The translations under genes and the position numbers were made by a program. The notes under the pieces were generated by a model. That model had not been told where the DNA came from. It made no database searches and saw nothing but the letters and a program-made list of their open reading frames with translations. 62,153 nucleotides of DNA from a virus (lineage: Duplodnaviria > Caudoviricetes): the IMG/VR virus record IMGVR_UViG_3300025141_000088, positions 1 through 62,153 of that record; one strand, 5' to 3'. Below, piece after piece: positions 20,191 to 29,609 of this stretch (position 1 is its first letter; each line of letters opens with the position of its first letter).

Positions 20191-20670
20191 ATGATGTTAG
20201 AATACAGTAGAGTACGCAAAGGCGTCCACCCACCAGAACGAGCAAACCCCTCAGACGCAGGTCTGGATCTATTCTTTAACCCCGAGGACGGTGACTCCAT
20301 CACTATCGAACCCGGCACAAGCGCAGTCCTTCCGACTGGCTGTCGTTTCGGTGTGCCCCACGGTTACATGCTGGAGATTAAGAATCGCAGCTCTGTTGCG
20401 GCTAAGAGAAGTCTGGTTGTCGGAGCATGCGTTGTCGACTCCGGCTACGATGGCGAGGTCTTTGTGAACCTCCACAACATCGGCAAAGAATCACAAACCC
20501 TCAAAGCGCACGACAAGATCGCACAGACAGTAATGATCCCAGTCGTACACTTCAGAGCGTTAGAAACTCACAATGGTGACTTATACGATTGGTATCCAAT
20601 CACAATTAGCGACCGCGGCGATGGTGCTTTGGGCTCAACAGACGGAGGAAACAATGAGACGAGAAAATAG
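20191..20670 (+). CDS. dut: trimeric dUTPase
   Basis: DAGLDL, NRSS, VVDSGYDGE, KIAQ, RGDGALGST motifs. Confidence 0.95.
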   Translation: MMLEYSRVRKGVHPPERANPSDAGLDLFFNPEDGDSITIEPGTSAVLPTGCRFGVPHGYMLEIKNRSSVAAKRSLVVGACVVDSGYDGEVFVNLHNIGKESQTLKAHDKIAQTVMIPVVHFRALETHNGDLYDWYPITISDRGDGALGSTDGGNNETRK

Positions 20671-21043
20671 ACAAATCCAAGGAGAGCGAATTTGGCAGAG
20701 AATCTTAAACGATGACGTGTCTGATTGCCAAGCATTCAGCGGCATCCTCTCCAGCTTCAACGAGATGACTGACTTTTTCACAGCTGACTACTCGGTGGCA
20801 GAAGTGAACGATGAGCTGTTTTCAGAGTTGCTTTACAAGTCTTCTACTGACGAGGAGTCTCTTTCAAGACTTGAGGCTGTCTTCGCTGATATCGCAGAGA
20901 TGGCAACTAAAGCTTCGGAGGAGTACAACAAGATTTCTGATGATGATGCAGCAGACGAATATTCAGACAAGGCAGTAGCAATTCTTGAGCGTTCTTTGAC
21001 TGACTCTCTGGAGAATCTTTGTCGTAAGGAGATAGCACAATGA
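20633..21043 (+). CDS. acidic helical hypothetical protein
   Basis: ATG 20633 after GGAGG. Confidence 0.6.
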   Translation, partial: AQQTEETMRRENRQIQGERIWQRILNDDVSDCQAFSGILSSFNEMTDFFTADYSVAEVNDELFSELLYKSSTDEESLSRLEAVFADIAEMATKASEEYNKISDDDAADEYSDKAVAILERSLTDSLENLCRKEIAQ

Positions 21044-21519
21044 AAAAGCACGATGCAAAAGTACTATTCAGCAGCAAGAGCATGGAGTGGGCAACCCCGC
21101 GAGAGTTTTTTCGTAAGCTGGATAAACAGTTCGGGTTTGATTTAGATCCCTGCGCCCAAAGCCATAACGCAGTCTGCAGTAAGTACTACACGTCAGACGA
21201 CGATGGCCTTATCCAAGACTGGAAGGGTGCAACTGCGTTTGTTAACCCCCCATATGGTCGAGGAATTAAACACTGGGTCAAGAAGGCATACGAAGAAGGA
21301 TGCAAAGAAGACACCACTGTTGTCATGCTCATTCCAGCCCGAACGGATACCCGCTACTGGCACGACTATGTTATGAAGGCAGATGAGATTCGTCTCATTA
21401 AAGGGCGCCTTAAGTTTGGAGGAGGAAACAACTCAGCTCCATTCCCTTCTGCCCTTGTTGTCTTCGGCAGCGACACCCGCGATCCCGTGGAAAACCCACC
21501 AGACTTGGCGGTGATGTGA
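21040..21519 (+). CDS. phage DNA N6-adenine methyltransferase (Dam-type)
   Basis: EWATP, FDLDPCA, DGL..W, FVNPPYG, LIPARTDT, GRLKF. Confidence 0.92.
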   Translation: MKKHDAKVLFSSKSMEWATPREFFRKLDKQFGFDLDPCAQSHNAVCSKYYTSDDDGLIQDWKGATAFVNPPYGRGIKHWVKKAYEEGCKEDTTVVMLIPARTDTRYWHDYVMKADEIRLIKGRLKFGGGNNSAPFPSALVVFGSDTRDPVENPPDLAVM

Positions 21520-21806
21520 TGGTTCGCAAAATAAAGAGCGACAAGAAAAGTAACAAACAGGTGCAGAAGGACTTGAAACAGAAGATGGGACTTTTTGACC
21601 AGCTTCCCGAAGAGTGTCTTGCCTGTGATGAACCCTTTGATAGAAAAAACAGAGAACAAGTGATGTCTTGGAACGTGGTCGTGAAGAGGAACCCCGACGT
21701 CGTAAGATTATACTGTCCAGCCTGTTGGCAGAAGGCGGTTAGTGTTGTTGAAGACTTCGACAAGATGATTCGCAAAAGAGGAGAAGAGAATGGCCACACG
21801 TCATAA
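21516..21806 (+). CDS. small zinc-finger protein
   Basis: CLAC...CPAC. Confidence 0.6.
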   Translation: MMVRKIKSDKKSNKQVQKDLKQKMGLFDQLPEECLACDEPFDRKNREQVMSWNVVVKRNPDVVRLYCPACWQKAVSVVEDFDKMIRKRGEENGHTS

Positions 21807-21979
21807 GAACAAATTTGATGCGAAGGACAAGCTTAACATTCCATACATCTATTGGCTTCTTAATGAAGTGAATTTATGTATTCACGAGAACAAGTTCAGT
21901 AGTTTTGAGATCTCCAAGTTGATACCAAAACTGGAAGACGTTCTCAATCATGTTTGTGATGATTCTGGGAGATACTAAG

Positions 21980-23017
21980 ATGAGAAAAGTATTAACGTTT
22001 GATGATGTTTCTTTGGTTCCAAAGTATTCTGATATAGCAACCAGAGAGCAAGTGGATATATCCGTCGACCTAGATGCCCTATTATCGCTCGATATTCCAA
22101 TAATTGGTGCACCCATGGATACTGTTGTCGGCGCAGATATGGCCACAGCCCTCGCCGACGCAGGAACCTTTGGGGTTCTACACAGATACAACACCATAGA
22201 AGAGCAAGTGGATATGATAACTCAAGTCATTTCATGCGCAGCCGATCCAACTTGCGACCAAAGCCCCATTGCTGCAGCCATTGGAGCAACAGGAGATTTT
22301 TTGGAACGTTCTGCAGAGCTTATCGGTGCAGGCGCAGAAATTCTATGCATCGACGTCGCCCATGGGCACCACATACACGTTAAGCGAGCAATTGGAATTT
22401 TGCGAGGAAAGTTCGGATCGGAGATTCATATCATGGCCGGCAACGTCGCAACCGAGGAAGCGTTCATCGACATTTCCAACTGGGGTGCCGACAGCATCCG
22501 CGTCGGTGTCGGTGGCGGCGCCGCTTGCAGCACTCGAGTTCGAACTGGCCACGGAATACCGGTGCTGGAATCGATCCGCCGCTGCTCAGAATCAGAAGCT
22601 TCAGCCCTTCTCATCGCCGACGGAGGCATGCGACATAGTGGCGACATTACAAAGGCATTAGCTGCTGGCGCAGATTTGGTAATGGTGGGATCGCTATTAG
22701 CCGGAACCGACGAGACTCCCGGCGTCATCATCACCGACGAGAGAACCAAGAACAAGTATAAGGTCTACAGAGGCATGGCGTCAAGAGATGCTCAGGCCTC
22801 ATGGCGCAGCAAAGTCTCTGTAGTTGAGGGCGTTTCTACAACCGTTCCGTATAAAGGCCCCGTGTTTGATACGCTCGATGACCTGACTGCAGGGATTCGC
22901 AGTGGCCTCTCTTACAGTGGCTGTTCGAATCTAAACGAATTGAGACTAACGGCCACGTTTGTTCAGCAAACTCCTGCAGGACTCAAAGAGGGGAGCCCGC
23001 ACATCTTGGGAAATTAA
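21980..23017 (+). CDS. IMP dehydrogenase / GMP reductase family protein (no CBS domains)
   Basis: LTFDDV.LVP, APMDTV, IDVAHG, AGNV, GVGGGAACSTR (catalytic Cys), ADGG, YRGMAS, EGV. Confidence 0.9.
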   Translation: MRKVLTFDDVSLVPKYSDIATREQVDISVDLDALLSLDIPIIGAPMDTVVGADMATALADAGTFGVLHRYNTIEEQVDMITQVISCAADPTCDQSPIAAAIGATGDFLERSAELIGAGAEILCIDVAHGHHIHVKRAIGILRGKFGSEIHIMAGNVATEEAFIDISNWGADSIRVGVGGGAACSTRVRTGHGIPVLESIRRCSESEASALLIADGGMRHSGDITKALAAGADLVMVGSLLAGTDETPGVIITDERTKNKYKVYRGMASRDAQASWRSKVSVVEGVSTTVPYKGPVFDTLDDLTAGIRSGLSYSGCSNLNELRLTATFVQQTPAGLKEGSPHILGN

Positions 23018-23018
23018 T

Positions 23019-23384
23019 ATGACGGATGAAAAAGAAAAAAAGATACATGAGTATGGGTGGCTCAACAGGAGAGTCTATCCGAGTCTATACTACGACTCAA
23101 CCGACACCGTGTATGTGAATTTGATTATGAAACTGGAGTACGAGAGGTTAAAGAAGACAGAGTTCTTCAGAGCAATCGTCGATGGCTTTATAAATGATAA
23201 CAAACATATCGCCGCTTTTGTAGAAGAATACAAAGAGGCGAAGCAAATTGATCACAAGAGGAGCAGAAGAATGATTAAGAAAGAGAGGGAGAAGGCAGAA
23301 GAAATTGATAAAAGATTTTCACTTTCGCCCGAGGATATTGAAAACATATTTGATTTAATAGATGGAGGTGAGGTTGATGTCTGA
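23019..23384 (+). CDS. hypothetical protein, possible ribbon-helix-helix regulator
   Basis: Beta-strand/helix/helix N-terminal pattern; basic C-terminus. Confidence 0.4.
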   Translation: MTDEKEKKIHEYGWLNRRVYPSLYYDSTDTVYVNLIMKLEYERLKKTEFFRAIVDGFINDNKHIAAFVEEYKEAKQIDHKRSRRMIKKEREKAEEIDKRFSLSPEDIENIFDLIDGGEVDV

Positions 23385-23667
23385 TGCACTAAACATATAT
23401 ATGGACGCCCCACCAGCCGAGCGAAAATGCGTCAGCGCATGCAAAGAGTACGGCGTATCATGTCCCAACACTTCTTGCCGCAGTTGGCTGGATTTTGCGG
23501 AAGACTTGAACTGTACCCATGTGGCGGTCGACAAGAACGAAGAGGGCCTAACTCTTCGAGAAATAGGAGAGCGACTGGGAATCAGCTTTGTGCGAGTTTG
23601 TCAAATAGAAAAGGCCGCCCTGTCCAAATTAAAGAAGAAGATGAAAAATCCCGTTTCAGGTAAATAA
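23377..23667 (+). CDS. stand-alone sigma70 region-4 HTH protein with Cys-rich N-terminus
   Basis: GLTLREIGERLGISFVRVCQIEKAALSKLK matches sigma region 4.2; five Cys upstream. Confidence 0.75.
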   Translation: MSDALNIYMDAPPAERKCVSACKEYGVSCPNTSCRSWLDFAEDLNCTHVAVDKNEEGLTLREIGERLGISFVRVCQIEKAALSKLKKKMKNPVSGK

Positions 23668-23769
23668 AAGGGGTTTTTCAAAAACGTAACACTAATTATA
23701 AACGTTATTCCACGTTATGTGGAGTATTCTTGAAAAATCGATTTAAAAATATCAAGAGGAGATAGTACT

Positions 23770-24468
23770 ATGACTAAGAAACTTTTAAACGAATCAACAA
23801 TTCGTCGTTTCATGACAATGGCTAATCTTTCTCCACTTTCCGAGTCCTTCTTGGACGAGAAGGTGAACGAGGAAGAAGAAATTACTGAAAACGAAGAAGT
23901 AGTTGAAGAAGCTGCTGAAGCTCAGAATGAAGGCGAAGACGCCATCGATGAAGCTGCAGAAGCAACCAATGAAGACGCAGAAGCAACTAACGAAGCTGCT
24001 GAAGTTCAAGAAGAGTCTTTAGCTCTCGCTGAAGAAGACGAAGAACTCATGGGTGACGAAGAAGCAGAAGAAACTATCGATGGCGACATCGAAATGGCTG
24101 ACGCTGAAATCGACACTGACATGGACGGCGAAATGGACGCTGAACTCGACGCTGAAGAAACTGGCGAAGAAGATTTAGCTGCTCGCGCACAAAGCATCTT
24201 GACTGACTTAGCTGACTTGCTCACAAGCGCAGGTATCGAAACAACTGTTACTGATACCGAAGACGACGTGGAAGCTACTGACGACATGGAAGCTGCTGAC
24301 GATATGGAAGCTGCTGACGATATGGAAGTCGCTGCCGATATGGAAGCAGACGCTGACGCCATGGGTGCCGAAGAAGAAGTAGAAGAACTCGAAGAAACTG
24401 CTGGATCATCGATTGATCAGTTGGTTCAGGAGATTTCTGCTAAAGTGATCGAACGCTTAAACAAGTAA
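23770..24468 (+). CDS. highly acidic head/scaffold-like virion protein
   Basis: N-terminal KKLLNES.IRRF, E/D-rich low-complexity body, C-terminal LVQEISAKVIERL; preceded by CTAATTA motif (23692-23698) and GAGGAG. Confidence 0.5.
   Translation: MTKKLLNESTIRRFMTMANLSPLSESFLDEKVNEEEEITENEEVVEEAAEAQNEGEDAIDEAAEATNEDAEATNEAAEVQEESLALAEEDEELMGDEEAEETIDGDIEMADAEIDTDMDGEMDAELDAEETGEEDLAARAQSILTDLADLLTSAGIETTVTDTEDDVEATDDMEAADDMEAADDMEVAADMEADADAMGAEEEVEELEETAGSSIDQLVQEISAKVIERLNK
24271..24345 (+). repeat. 18-nt coding tandem repeat (EAADDM) x4
   Basis: GAAGCTACTGACGACATG / GAAGCTGCTGACGATATG x2 / GAAGTCGCTGCCGATATG. Confidence 0.85.
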
Positions 24469-24482
24469 TCTTGTTTTAATCC

Positions 24483-24530
24483 TTTACAAAAGCACTGCAA
24501 TGTTGTATAATAGACTTGCAGTGCTTTTTT
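24483..24530 (+). terminator. terminator hairpin overlapping a sigma70 promoter
   Basis: 13-bp stem AAAAGCACTGCAA/TTGCAGTGCTTTT plus U-run; TTTACA-17-TATAAT with the -10 in the loop. Confidence 0.7.
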
Positions 24531-24544
24531 GTATGGAGTAAAAT

Positions 24545-24955
24545 ATGACTGTTGTATATATAATCGTAGCCTTTATCGCTGGTATCGCTTTTCACAAAGT
24601 GTACAGTGCCCTCGCAATTATCTTCGGCCTCAAGAGCAATCTCTTGATGGTAGTGGAGAACGAACTATTAGAGTTTACACTCAATGTTTATAGCCGACTG
24701 ATCATGTCACTGGAAACAGGGTATATCACCATGCAGTCTACGGGCGTAAGCGAAGAGACTATTAAGAGAGTGAAAAACGAAGATGCGCACGATCTTCAAA
24801 CGTGGAAGAAAGAAGTGATTCAGAAATTTGTTGAATCATACCCCACGGTCTATAAAGAACAACTACAATTTGACAACTGGGAAGGTGCAATGCAGCAACT
24901 GTCTGCGTACAAGAACTTCCCAGAGGAGGTAACGAGAGATGAAAGCTCTAGTTGA
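24545..24955 (+). CDS. membrane-anchored hypothetical protein
   Basis: Hydrophobic N-terminus. Confidence 0.55.
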   Translation: MTVVYIIVAFIAGIAFHKVYSALAIIFGLKSNLLMVVENELLEFTLNVYSRLIMSLETGYITMQSTGVSEETIKRVKNEDAHDLQTWKKEVIQKFVESYPTVYKEQLQFDNWEGAMQQLSAYKNFPEEVTRDESSS

Positions 24956-25793
24956 AATAATCCAAATGATCCTCTCCCTACTCTTTGGGAGCAAGAAAGA
25001 AAAACTATTACAACCGAATGTTGAGTATAAAGAACTCGGCATCGACAAAGAGGGTGAAGAGGTGGGAATTACAGCTCCCCTCTCTGACGAAGACCTCGAA
25101 CACGCAAGAGAGCAGTTCGAGATAGACAACGCTCCAGCCACAAGTATTGTATGCAACAATCACGACGTCACAATCGACTGGGAAGACACGATCCTGTGGA
25201 CTCAGCCAGACGCACTAATGTGTAAATCAAATCAATACAAGCCAGTCAAGGGCAGCCGCGCCCAGACAATTGATAAGATTGTCGTTCATTGGGATGGCTG
25301 CTTGAATTCAAAGCAGTGCGCCAAAGTCTTAGCAGACCGTGGACTCTCAGCCCACTTCTGCATCGACAACGACGGCACGATTCACCAGCTCATGGATACG
25401 AACCATGTTGCATGGCATGCCCGTGGCGTTAATTCTAAGAGCATTGGCATCGAAATAAGCAATGCCGTCTACATGAAATACATGAAGAAATACACCCCAC
25501 GCCGACCCATTGTTAAGGCCATGAAACTCCATGGAAAGACTTTTAAGAGCCACTTGGGATTCTACGATGTTCAGGTCGATGCGTTAAAAGAACTATTAAA
25601 ATCACTTTGTGGGTTTTATAATGTGCCTTTAGAGTTCCCAAACCGCAATGGCGAACTAATTAAAGGTGTAATTAAATCATCTTCGTTCGAGGGAGTGATA
25701 TGTCACTACCATGTTACGGAGAATAAAACCGATCCTGCGTGTTTGGATCTGGCTAAAGTAATCGAGGAAATTAAAGATGACAAAAAGTTATGA
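24939..25793 (+). CDS. N-acetylmuramoyl-L-alanine amidase (Amidase_2; endolysin-like)
   Basis: IVVHW, SAHFCIDNDGTIHQL, AWHA, NSKSIGIEI, GVICHYH, KTDP. Confidence 0.9.
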   Translation: MKALVEIIQMILSLLFGSKKEKLLQPNVEYKELGIDKEGEEVGITAPLSDEDLEHAREQFEIDNAPATSIVCNNHDVTIDWEDTILWTQPDALMCKSNQYKPVKGSRAQTIDKIVVHWDGCLNSKQCAKVLADRGLSAHFCIDNDGTIHQLMDTNHVAWHARGVNSKSIGIEISNAVYMKYMKKYTPRRPIVKAMKLHGKTFKSHLGFYDVQVDALKELLKSLCGFYNVPLEFPNRNGELIKGVIKSSSFEGVICHYHVTENKTDPACLDLAKVIEEIKDDKKL

Positions 25794-27624
25794 TGATTGG
25801 TTAACAGAAGAATTATTGGAAGTGTTGTTGGAATCAGCAGGAGCCTCCACAACGATTATTCAGACCCCGGCTGTAGGTGGTTCTACTTTTGGAGCCGCTT
25901 CTCCTTACCTCGATAGCGATATCACCGAGCCAGACTTGCTTCCCGAGGATGAAGAAGGGGCAGGAAAAAACGTCGACATGGCCAAAGCCGAAGAATTTGT
26001 TTTGGTATTACCCAAGTATGTTCCAACGGAGGCATGGGGAGATCCGAACTCACTCGAACGGAAGCAGGTCCAAGAAATTTTTAACACTATTGGCGGCGCC
26101 GCAACCATTGACGCCAAATTAGACTTCATCACTAATACCATTAATAACCCCACCGGCAAGATCACTGGTGTCCGAAGAATTCTTGGGACCATCATTCTCT
26201 TGGAATCCTTTGCCGCAGTAATCAGAAGCTTCAACGAGGCTTCAGCCGGTTTTGTTTTCGAAGGCTTCTTAGCAGCCCTCCTTAGAGGGTCACAAAAATC
26301 AGAACGTTCAGAGAAGGGGAACCTTCCCATTGAGGATTTGATAGCCTTCAGCGAACTGCCTGGCCATCAGGGAACGCCCGTTAGTTTGAAATTGCTCAGC
26401 AACAAGACCAATGTTGAGGGCAGCTATACTAACCTCGTCGACGCCCTGTTTGTTGATTATGCAAAAGAAGGTATGTTGTATATTGTCGCCAGAAAAGACG
26501 GCCAACAAATCGCGCTGGAACAGTTCCACTTGGATAGAAACAATTTCCTTAACGCCATCGCTCGCCTTCCCAATGGCGAATTAAAAGAAGGTGCCGAAAA
26601 ATTACTTGCAACAGATAAGTTGAGTGCAGCACAGGTTGCTCAAGCATTCAACAAACTCCCGTCTAACGCAAAGGGTTACAAAGCCAGATACAAACTCCTT
26701 CAACAGACAAAGGGTTATAGTCGCAGAAGCGCAGCTGCCTCACAAACAACAGGCGCCGGCGAAGAAGGCGAAACAAAAATAAACTGGGATGATGCCAATG
26801 CCGCCTTCCGCAACCCATCTAGGTGGGGCGATGAAAAGTTTGAAAAATTCTTTAATGAAGTAGAGCCTCTACCCGATGACCTCAAGCATGTATGGAACAC
26901 AAGCAAAGAGCAAATGGATGCTACGTTCTTGCAGGTCGTGAGAAAGCTTGGCAAAGTTTTGAGAGGCAAAGATGATACTAAGGAACCCACTGCTCTGATG
27001 GATCTTGTTACTCGGGAAATTCCCAAGTGGCTCGAAGCTGGTGCAGGCAAGATAAAACACCCAGAGTCTTACATGGGTGGAAAAACAAGGGTTGATTATT
27101 TATCCAAAGTAGACGGCGGCGAAGACAAGATCATGAAACTGCGGGACGCCCATAAAGTAGGTGCTATTGTAAGGTTGTTTGTCAAGGCTATTGCCAAAGC
27201 CGAGGGCGACATCGCCGAATCTCGACGCCTAGCAGGCCCCTACACAGTGGAAGAGAACAAGGTAGCATGGCAAAAAATGGCTGAAGAAAGAGGCTTGCTC
27301 TGCGAAGCTGCCGGAGGCCACGGAACTCAATGGACTATCTCACCCACTCAGCTAGATCAAATTCAGGGAATTGACTACAAGGTGTTGGGAACCCTGCCAT
27401 ACTCTTCCGATGCTGCAGCTAAAACCGCAGAGCAGTATATGGATGTTCTTTATGATGATTTGTATTTGTTCTTCAAGAGCGCACAGGACATGTCCGAGAA
27501 TGCTAACGGATACTTCTTTACCAAAGAGCGAGGCTCCGGTATCAGCAAGGGCAGGCAGGCCATCAAAGATGCAACTCAAGCAGAAGCTGAGCTTACTACG
27601 CAGGTAGACAAAGAAGATAAATAA
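25777..27624 (+). CDS. large virion-type protein with possible PD-(D/E)xK-like segment
   Basis: N-terminal LTE/LLE motifs; GFVFEGFLAALL...PIED...VSLKLL. Confidence 0.45.
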   Translation: MTKSYDDWLTEELLEVLLESAGASTTIIQTPAVGGSTFGAASPYLDSDITEPDLLPEDEEGAGKNVDMAKAEEFVLVLPKYVPTEAWGDPNSLERKQVQEIFNTIGGAATIDAKLDFITNTINNPTGKITGVRRILGTIILLESFAAVIRSFNEASAGFVFEGFLAALLRGSQKSERSEKGNLPIEDLIAFSELPGHQGTPVSLKLLSNKTNVEGSYTNLVDALFVDYAKEGMLYIVARKDGQQIALEQFHLDRNNFLNAIARLPNGELKEGAEKLLATDKLSAAQVAQAFNKLPSNAKGYKARYKLLQQTKGYSRRSAAASQTTGAGEEGETKINWDDANAAFRNPSRWGDEKFEKFFNEVEPLPDDLKHVWNTSKEQMDATFLQVVRKLGKVLRGKDDTKEPTALMDLVTREIPKWLEAGAGKIKHPESYMGGKTRVDYLSKVDGGEDKIMKLRDAHKVGAIVRLFVKAIAKAEGDIAESRRLAGPYTVEENKVAWQKMAEERGLLCEAAGGHGTQWTISPTQLDQIQGIDYKVLGTLPYSSDAAAKTAEQYMDVLYDDLYLFFKSAQDMSENANGYFFTKERGSGISKGRQAIKDATQAEAELTTQVDKEDK

Positions 27625-27698
27625 ACAAAACACTTTACAAATTCCAGATAGTGGTTATAATATAATAGTACCTAGTAAAACCTCGAAAGGCAATTTCA

Positions 27699-29270
27699 AT
27701 GAAGAAATATAATAACGGTAATGATCTTAGTGAAAAGATTCTTGCAGGCGTGAACAAGCTTGCAGACAATGTGGCATCCACAATGGGGCCAGGAGGAAGA
27801 AACGTAATCCTCCACCAGAAGGGCGGCAACCCCATCATCACAAAAGACGGCGTAACTGTCGCCAAGTTTGTGGAGTTCGAAGATCCCTTTGAAAATGCCG
27901 CAGCACAAATTATTAAGCAAGCATCTGAGAAGACCAACACTGTTGCCGGCGACGGTACAACAACCGCCACAGTACTTGCTCGCGCAATCTTAACGAGCGC
28001 ACAGAAATATCTCAAGGCAGGTTCTAACCCTGTGGAGCTTAAACGAGGTATCGACACAGCTGTTGACGTAGTAGTTGACGCAGTATCAGAACAAGCAAGG
28101 CCAATCTCCAGCGAGGAAGACATTGCAAACATCGCAACTATCTCTGCAAACGGAGATACCAGTATTGGCGACTTAGTTGCCAAGGCTGTTGATTTGGTTG
28201 GTAAAGACGGCGCCATTACCATACAAGATGCTCGCTCTCATGAGACATCACTGGATGTTGTCGAGGGTTTCCGATTCGACAGTGGCATCTGCGCCACGGC
28301 TTTTATCAACGATGAACGACGCGGAGTGTGCAAGCACGAGGATGCACTGATTCTCGTTACCGACTCAGCCATCGAAACCGTGGAAGAAATTTTTCCAGTC
28401 TTAGAACTCGCCGCGAGAGAGAGTAGGCCCCTCATCATCGTTGCCGAGAACGTTGAAGGCCAAGCCCTCGCTGCACTAATCATGAACTCCGTAAGGGGAA
28501 CTATGAAAGTGTCTGCAATCAAGGCACCGCGCTACGGGGAAGAGAGAAGAAATATTCTTAAAGACTTGGCCACATCAGTTGGAGCTACATATGTATCCCG
28601 CGAAAGCGGCATGCAGCTTTGCGAAACTAGGCTAGAACATCTCGGCCGAGCAAAGACTGTCGAAGCAAGCAAACATAACACCACCATCGTCGGCGGCTTT
28701 GGCGCACAAGACGAGATCGACAAGCGTATTGAAACACTGAAAGCGGAAATGTCTCAGACCGATGCCCTACATGAGTGTGAGAAGATTCAAGAGCGCATCA
28801 CTAGGCTGTCTAGCGGCATCGCAATTATCCACGTCGGCGGCGCCACAGAGGTTGAGATGATCGAGAAGCGCCACAGAGTCGAAGACGCACTCTCGGCCGT
28901 TGACTCAGCACAAGTTCAGGGCATCGTCGCCGGCGGAGGTACAGCCTTGGTTCGCGCAACAAAATCCCTCAAGGGAATCAAGCTTCAGAGCGAAGACCAG
29001 ATGCTTGGTGTTGAGATCATCAAGAGGGCAATTGAAGAACCACTGCGACAAATGGTGACGAATGCAGGTCAATCGGCAGATGTCGTGATTGAGAAAGTTA
29101 AGTCTTTCACGTCCTCCACAAAGGGTTACAACGTGGCCACTTCAAAGTATGAAGACCTTATTTCCACCGGCGTACTTGATCCAGCCAAGGTAACAAAGAC
29201 GGCACTAAGAAACGCTGCCTCTGCTTCTTCTGTTTTGCTCACCGCAGACTTCGCAATTATTGAAAGTTAG
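27699..29270 (+). CDS. groEL: chaperonin GroEL
   Basis: TMGPGGRNV, ITKDGVTVA, AGDGTTTATVLA, VGGATEVE, GIVAGGG, DPAKVT; no GGM tail; promoter TTTACA-16-TATAAT at 27634-27661. Confidence 0.96.
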   Translation: MKKYNNGNDLSEKILAGVNKLADNVASTMGPGGRNVILHQKGGNPIITKDGVTVAKFVEFEDPFENAAAQIIKQASEKTNTVAGDGTTTATVLARAILTSAQKYLKAGSNPVELKRGIDTAVDVVVDAVSEQARPISSEEDIANIATISANGDTSIGDLVAKAVDLVGKDGAITIQDARSHETSLDVVEGFRFDSGICATAFINDERRGVCKHEDALILVTDSAIETVEEIFPVLELAARESRPLIIVAENVEGQALAALIMNSVRGTMKVSAIKAPRYGEERRNILKDLATSVGATYVSRESGMQLCETRLEHLGRAKTVEASKHNTTIVGGFGAQDEIDKRIETLKAEMSQTDALHECEKIQERITRLSSGIAIIHVGGATEVEMIEKRHRVEDALSAVDSAQVQGIVAGGGTALVRATKSLKGIKLQSEDQMLGVEIIKRAIEEPLRQMVTNAGQSADVVIEKVKSFTSSTKGYNVATSKYEDLISTGVLDPAKVTKTALRNAASASSVLLTADFAIIES

Positions 29271-29313
29271 TACTTGTAGTTACTACTTATTCTTGTGAAT
29301 AGGGAGATAAATT

Positions 29314-29598
29314 ATGGAAGATAATCAGATTCAAATATTAGTGACGGAAGTTAAAGCAAGCTTTGATGTATTGTCTATAAAGATGGATGATATAAAGGAA
29401 AAGCAAGAAGAGATGACTTCCATAATTAACCGTGTAGAGAAGTCATTATACGAACCGGACGCTGGACTGTATGCTCGGGTGCGAGACTTAGAGCAGTGGA
29501 AGAGAAACCAGTCAAAGATGATGGCTATGGTCGGAACTGCAACCCTAACTATGGTTATCTATTTTATAAAGACAGCAGTTGAATTCATAATACAGTAG
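29314..29598 (+). CDS. coiled-coil protein with C-terminal TM helix (XhlA/holin-like)
   Basis: Heptads, GLYARVRDLE, then hydrophobic C-terminus. Confidence 0.35.
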   Translation: MEDNQIQILVTEVKASFDVLSIKMDDIKEKQEEMTSIINRVEKSLYEPDAGLYARVRDLEQWKRNQSKMMAMVGTATLTMVIYFIKTAVEFIIQ

Positions 29599-29609
29599 AG
29601 AGGCTTGAT

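Noticed and set aside
9836-28723. Long minus-strand ORFs (e.g. 9836-10486, 24006-24362, 27635-28222)
   Set aside because: They are antisense shadows of well-supported + strand genes with no motifs or RBS.
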